This document shows, one piece after another, positions 54,246-56,143 of a stretch of DNA of 56,143 bases (position 1 is its first letter; the number at the start of each line of letters is the position of its first letter). The notes below the pieces were generated by a model that worked only from the letters and a program-made list of their open reading frames with translations, ran no database searches and had not been told where the DNA came from. Source of the DNA: a virus (lineage: Duplodnaviria; Caudoviricetes); IMG/VR virus record IMGVR_UViG_3300019766_000013, positions 1 to 56,143 of that record, one strand, 5' to 3'. The translations under genes and the position numbers were made by a program.

Positions 54246-55745
54246 TTAATAATACAATCCAGTGGCAACCCAATATCCTAATAGTGAACTATAAACAAGT
54301 GTGCAGCCACCATAATCCATTAGTGTTCTATCCGCATCCCCAGGAGTAGCTATTGATTGTCCTGAATAAGAGTCAGGGTTCTTAATCTTCAAATTGTTAA
54401 GTGATAGATGTATCAGGTGTATAATATCCCCATCAACTCCTCCTGCAAGACTTCTTAATTCTCTGTTGGATGCATTATTCACAAATAAAACACCTAATGG
54501 AGATAAGCTTGATACATCTAAATTCTCTATATTGGATGTTGGTTCTATTGTCATTTTGTTGACAACAGTACCTCCCGAAGGTACTTTTTCCCATGCCCCA
54601 TCCTTTCTAGCATATAAATCCCCATCAACAGGAGCTTCAGGAAAACTTACTTTACCTGTATTAGCAGCTATTTCTTGCCTTTCTATATTTGTAAGGACTT
54701 TATTAGAAGAAGTTTCTTCCATGTTTCCCATACTAAATGCATCCGCAGCTTTGCCAGAAGGATCATATACAGCTTTAAGCATATCACCTACGTATCCAGT
54801 TCCTGAATCTTCCCATGCAGGTGTATCATTATTCCAGAAGAACATATTGTTATTTGGTGATACAACAGTTGCAGTATCTCCGATATTACCTGTTGGATAT
54901 GCTGTTTGTAATGCAGTCAAATCAGCAAACTTACCTAAAAATCTTCCATCTGTAAGTCCTGATACTATATTATCAACATATTCTTCAGTAGCAATATTTT
55001 TAAATTCAAATATTTGGAAATCATACTCATAATATGCTATGCCATCTGATCGGCCTAATAGCGCATTTACTCCTGTATCCCAGTCAAGCGTAACCTCGAA
55101 TTGTTGACCTTGTAAAAACCTATCTGGTGTTGCACCTTCTACAAAATAAAGATCAATTTTATGGATAGCAGCTCCTGTTAATTCAATACCTTCACCTTTT
55201 TCATATTTGAATTTATCAGGATATCTATCTACAATTTCGCCTGTAGTAACACTTACAACTTTGTATCTAAAATTTGTAAGTGTTCCATTCGACTTAAAGA
55301 AAACCGCATTTATAATATCATTTGATGGAGAAGTTATTACAAATGGAACGCCAGGAGATAGTATAGTATCATCAACTGGCTGTCTAACTGCATGTGCTTC
55401 TGGGCCTACTTCAATTTCAACTGTTTTTTGTGTACCAGTTTTATCAAGTTCTTGATAAGGAATCTGATATTTTACACCTGTAACTTTTGACTTATTGACT
55501 TGCTGTGGACCTGAAGCACCAATTCCAAGACCATCACCTAATTCAATTGTATTTTGAATAGTATCTATACCTTGTTCCGCTACTATTTGTGTAGTAGCTC
55601 TTAATTTACCATCAGGGTCTTGAGATAGATTACTATCCTCAAAAGCACCTGCTTTCTTATACGGAAAATTTGGTTCTGTGGTATTGTCTGCTATTGAGGA
55701 TCCACCTCCAAAACCTTTGCCTAGTAATAATCCTTTTTCTGCCAT
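54246..55745 (-). CDS. Putative virion structural/fibre-like protein
   Basis: GDMLKAVYDP, FPEAP.DG..YARKDGAW and L.TAYPTG fibre-type micro-motifs. Confidence 0.6.
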   Translation of the reverse strand: MAEKGLLLGKGFGGGSSIADNTTEPNFPYKKAGAFEDSNLSQDPDGKLRATTQIVAEQGIDTIQNTIELGDGLGIGASGPQQVNKSKVTGVKYQIPYQELDKTGTQKTVEIEVGPEAHAVRQPVDDTILSPGVPFVITSPSNDIINAVFFKSNGTLTNFRYKVVSVTTGEIVDRYPDKFKYEKGEGIELTGAAIHKIDLYFVEGATPDRFLQGQQFEVTLDWDTGVNALLGRSDGIAYYEYDFQIFEFKNIATEEYVDNIVSGLTDGRFLGKFADLTALQTAYPTGNIGDTATVVSPNNNMFFWNNDTPAWEDSGTGYVGDMLKAVYDPSGKAADAFSMGNMEETSSNKVLTNIERQEIAANTGKVSFPEAPVDGDLYARKDGAWEKVPSGGTVVNKMTIEPTSNIENLDVSSLSPLGVLFVNNASNRELRSLAGGVDGDIIHLIHLSLNNLKIKNPDSYSGQSIATPGDADRTLMDYGGCTLVYSSLLGYWVATGLYY

Positions 55746-56017
55746 CAGAATGTAATTTTTAAATCTTCAACACTCATTCCAATTATCTCTATAGAATCTG
55801 CAGTACCTGAAAAATAAACATACTCAGGAAGCATAGAAAAAGACCATGAACCATTATCTAAAACTGCTCCATCTGTACAATCTTCCATATCGGTTAATTG
55901 ACTAGGTTTAGCTTGACTACCTAACACCTGTACGCTTGCAGTTTCTCCTTTTATAATCAAACCTACTGTTTGTGCTTGATTACCTCTTTTTAGTCTGTAT
56001 ACTTTATCTACTTCCAT
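55745..56017 (-). CDS. Hypothetical protein (start MEVDKVY at 56017)
   Basis: The ATG at 56056 lies inside the terminator hairpin, so 56017 is preferred; stop overlaps the next start. Confidence 0.65.
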   Translation of the reverse strand: MEVDKVYRLKRGNQAQTVGLIIKGETASVQVLGSQAKPSQLTDMEDCTDGAVLDNGSWSFSMLPEYVYFSGTADSIEIIGMSVEDLKITF

Positions 56018-56026
56018 CCTATTGTA

Positions 56027-56143
56027 TGTTTTTAAAAAAAGGGAGTTAGCATTCACTCCTACCTCCCTTTTTCATATTATTTATCTTCAAGGCTTCATTT
56101 AGCCTTTATTTTCTTTTAATTTCAACTTAATCCAAGCTGTATC
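56027..56143. repeat. 117-bp direct repeat, copy 2 (circularisation overlap)
   Basis: Identical to 292-408 and runs to the window end. Confidence 0.97.

Noticed and set aside
54394-55032. 212-aa plus-strand ORF
   Set aside because: Antisense shadow of 54246..55745 with no recognisable motifs.
1-56143. Diversity-generating retroelement, retron or invertible tail cassette
   Set aside because: No reverse transcriptase or invertase motifs, and no TR/VR-like repeat pair noticed by eye. A self-alignment would be needed to exclude this fully.

Overview
This window is an essentially complete, AT-rich tailed-phage genome. Its unit length is about 55.7 kb, because 292-408 recurs exactly at 56027-56143. 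The host is very probably in Bacteroidota, based on repeated TAnnTTTG -7 promoter boxes and DUF3127- and DUF4494-like genes. The architecture is podovirus-like: a minus-strand structural operon (portal, stabilisation protein, adaptors, scaffold, major capsid, SGNH-tipped tail spike, lysis cassette); a divergent trio of ejection-type proteins ending in a 3423-aa polyvalent protein; Dcm-HNH-TerL; a separate TerS; and a plus-strand recombination/replication arm. I found no integrase, RT, DNA polymerase, smpB or CRISPR array. The standout feature is absent from the ORF track: a circularly permuted, two-piece, very compact tmRNA gene on the minus strand (about 21418-21745). It has its own promoter, a G3.U70 acceptor stem, extensive inter-piece pairing, the tag GKTIQSFNSPAKVAA* and a 116-nt structured intervening segment, and a tRNA(CAU) directly abuts its 3' end. 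Other notable items are an alternative gene at the genome junction, a recurring xRFR-type linker separating the polyvalent-protein modules, a TerL with a second degenerate nuclease-like domain, a divergent pair of unannotated RHH-like genes, and a PD-(D/E)XK-FtsK fusion. All family calls come from recognising motifs by eye; no searches were run.
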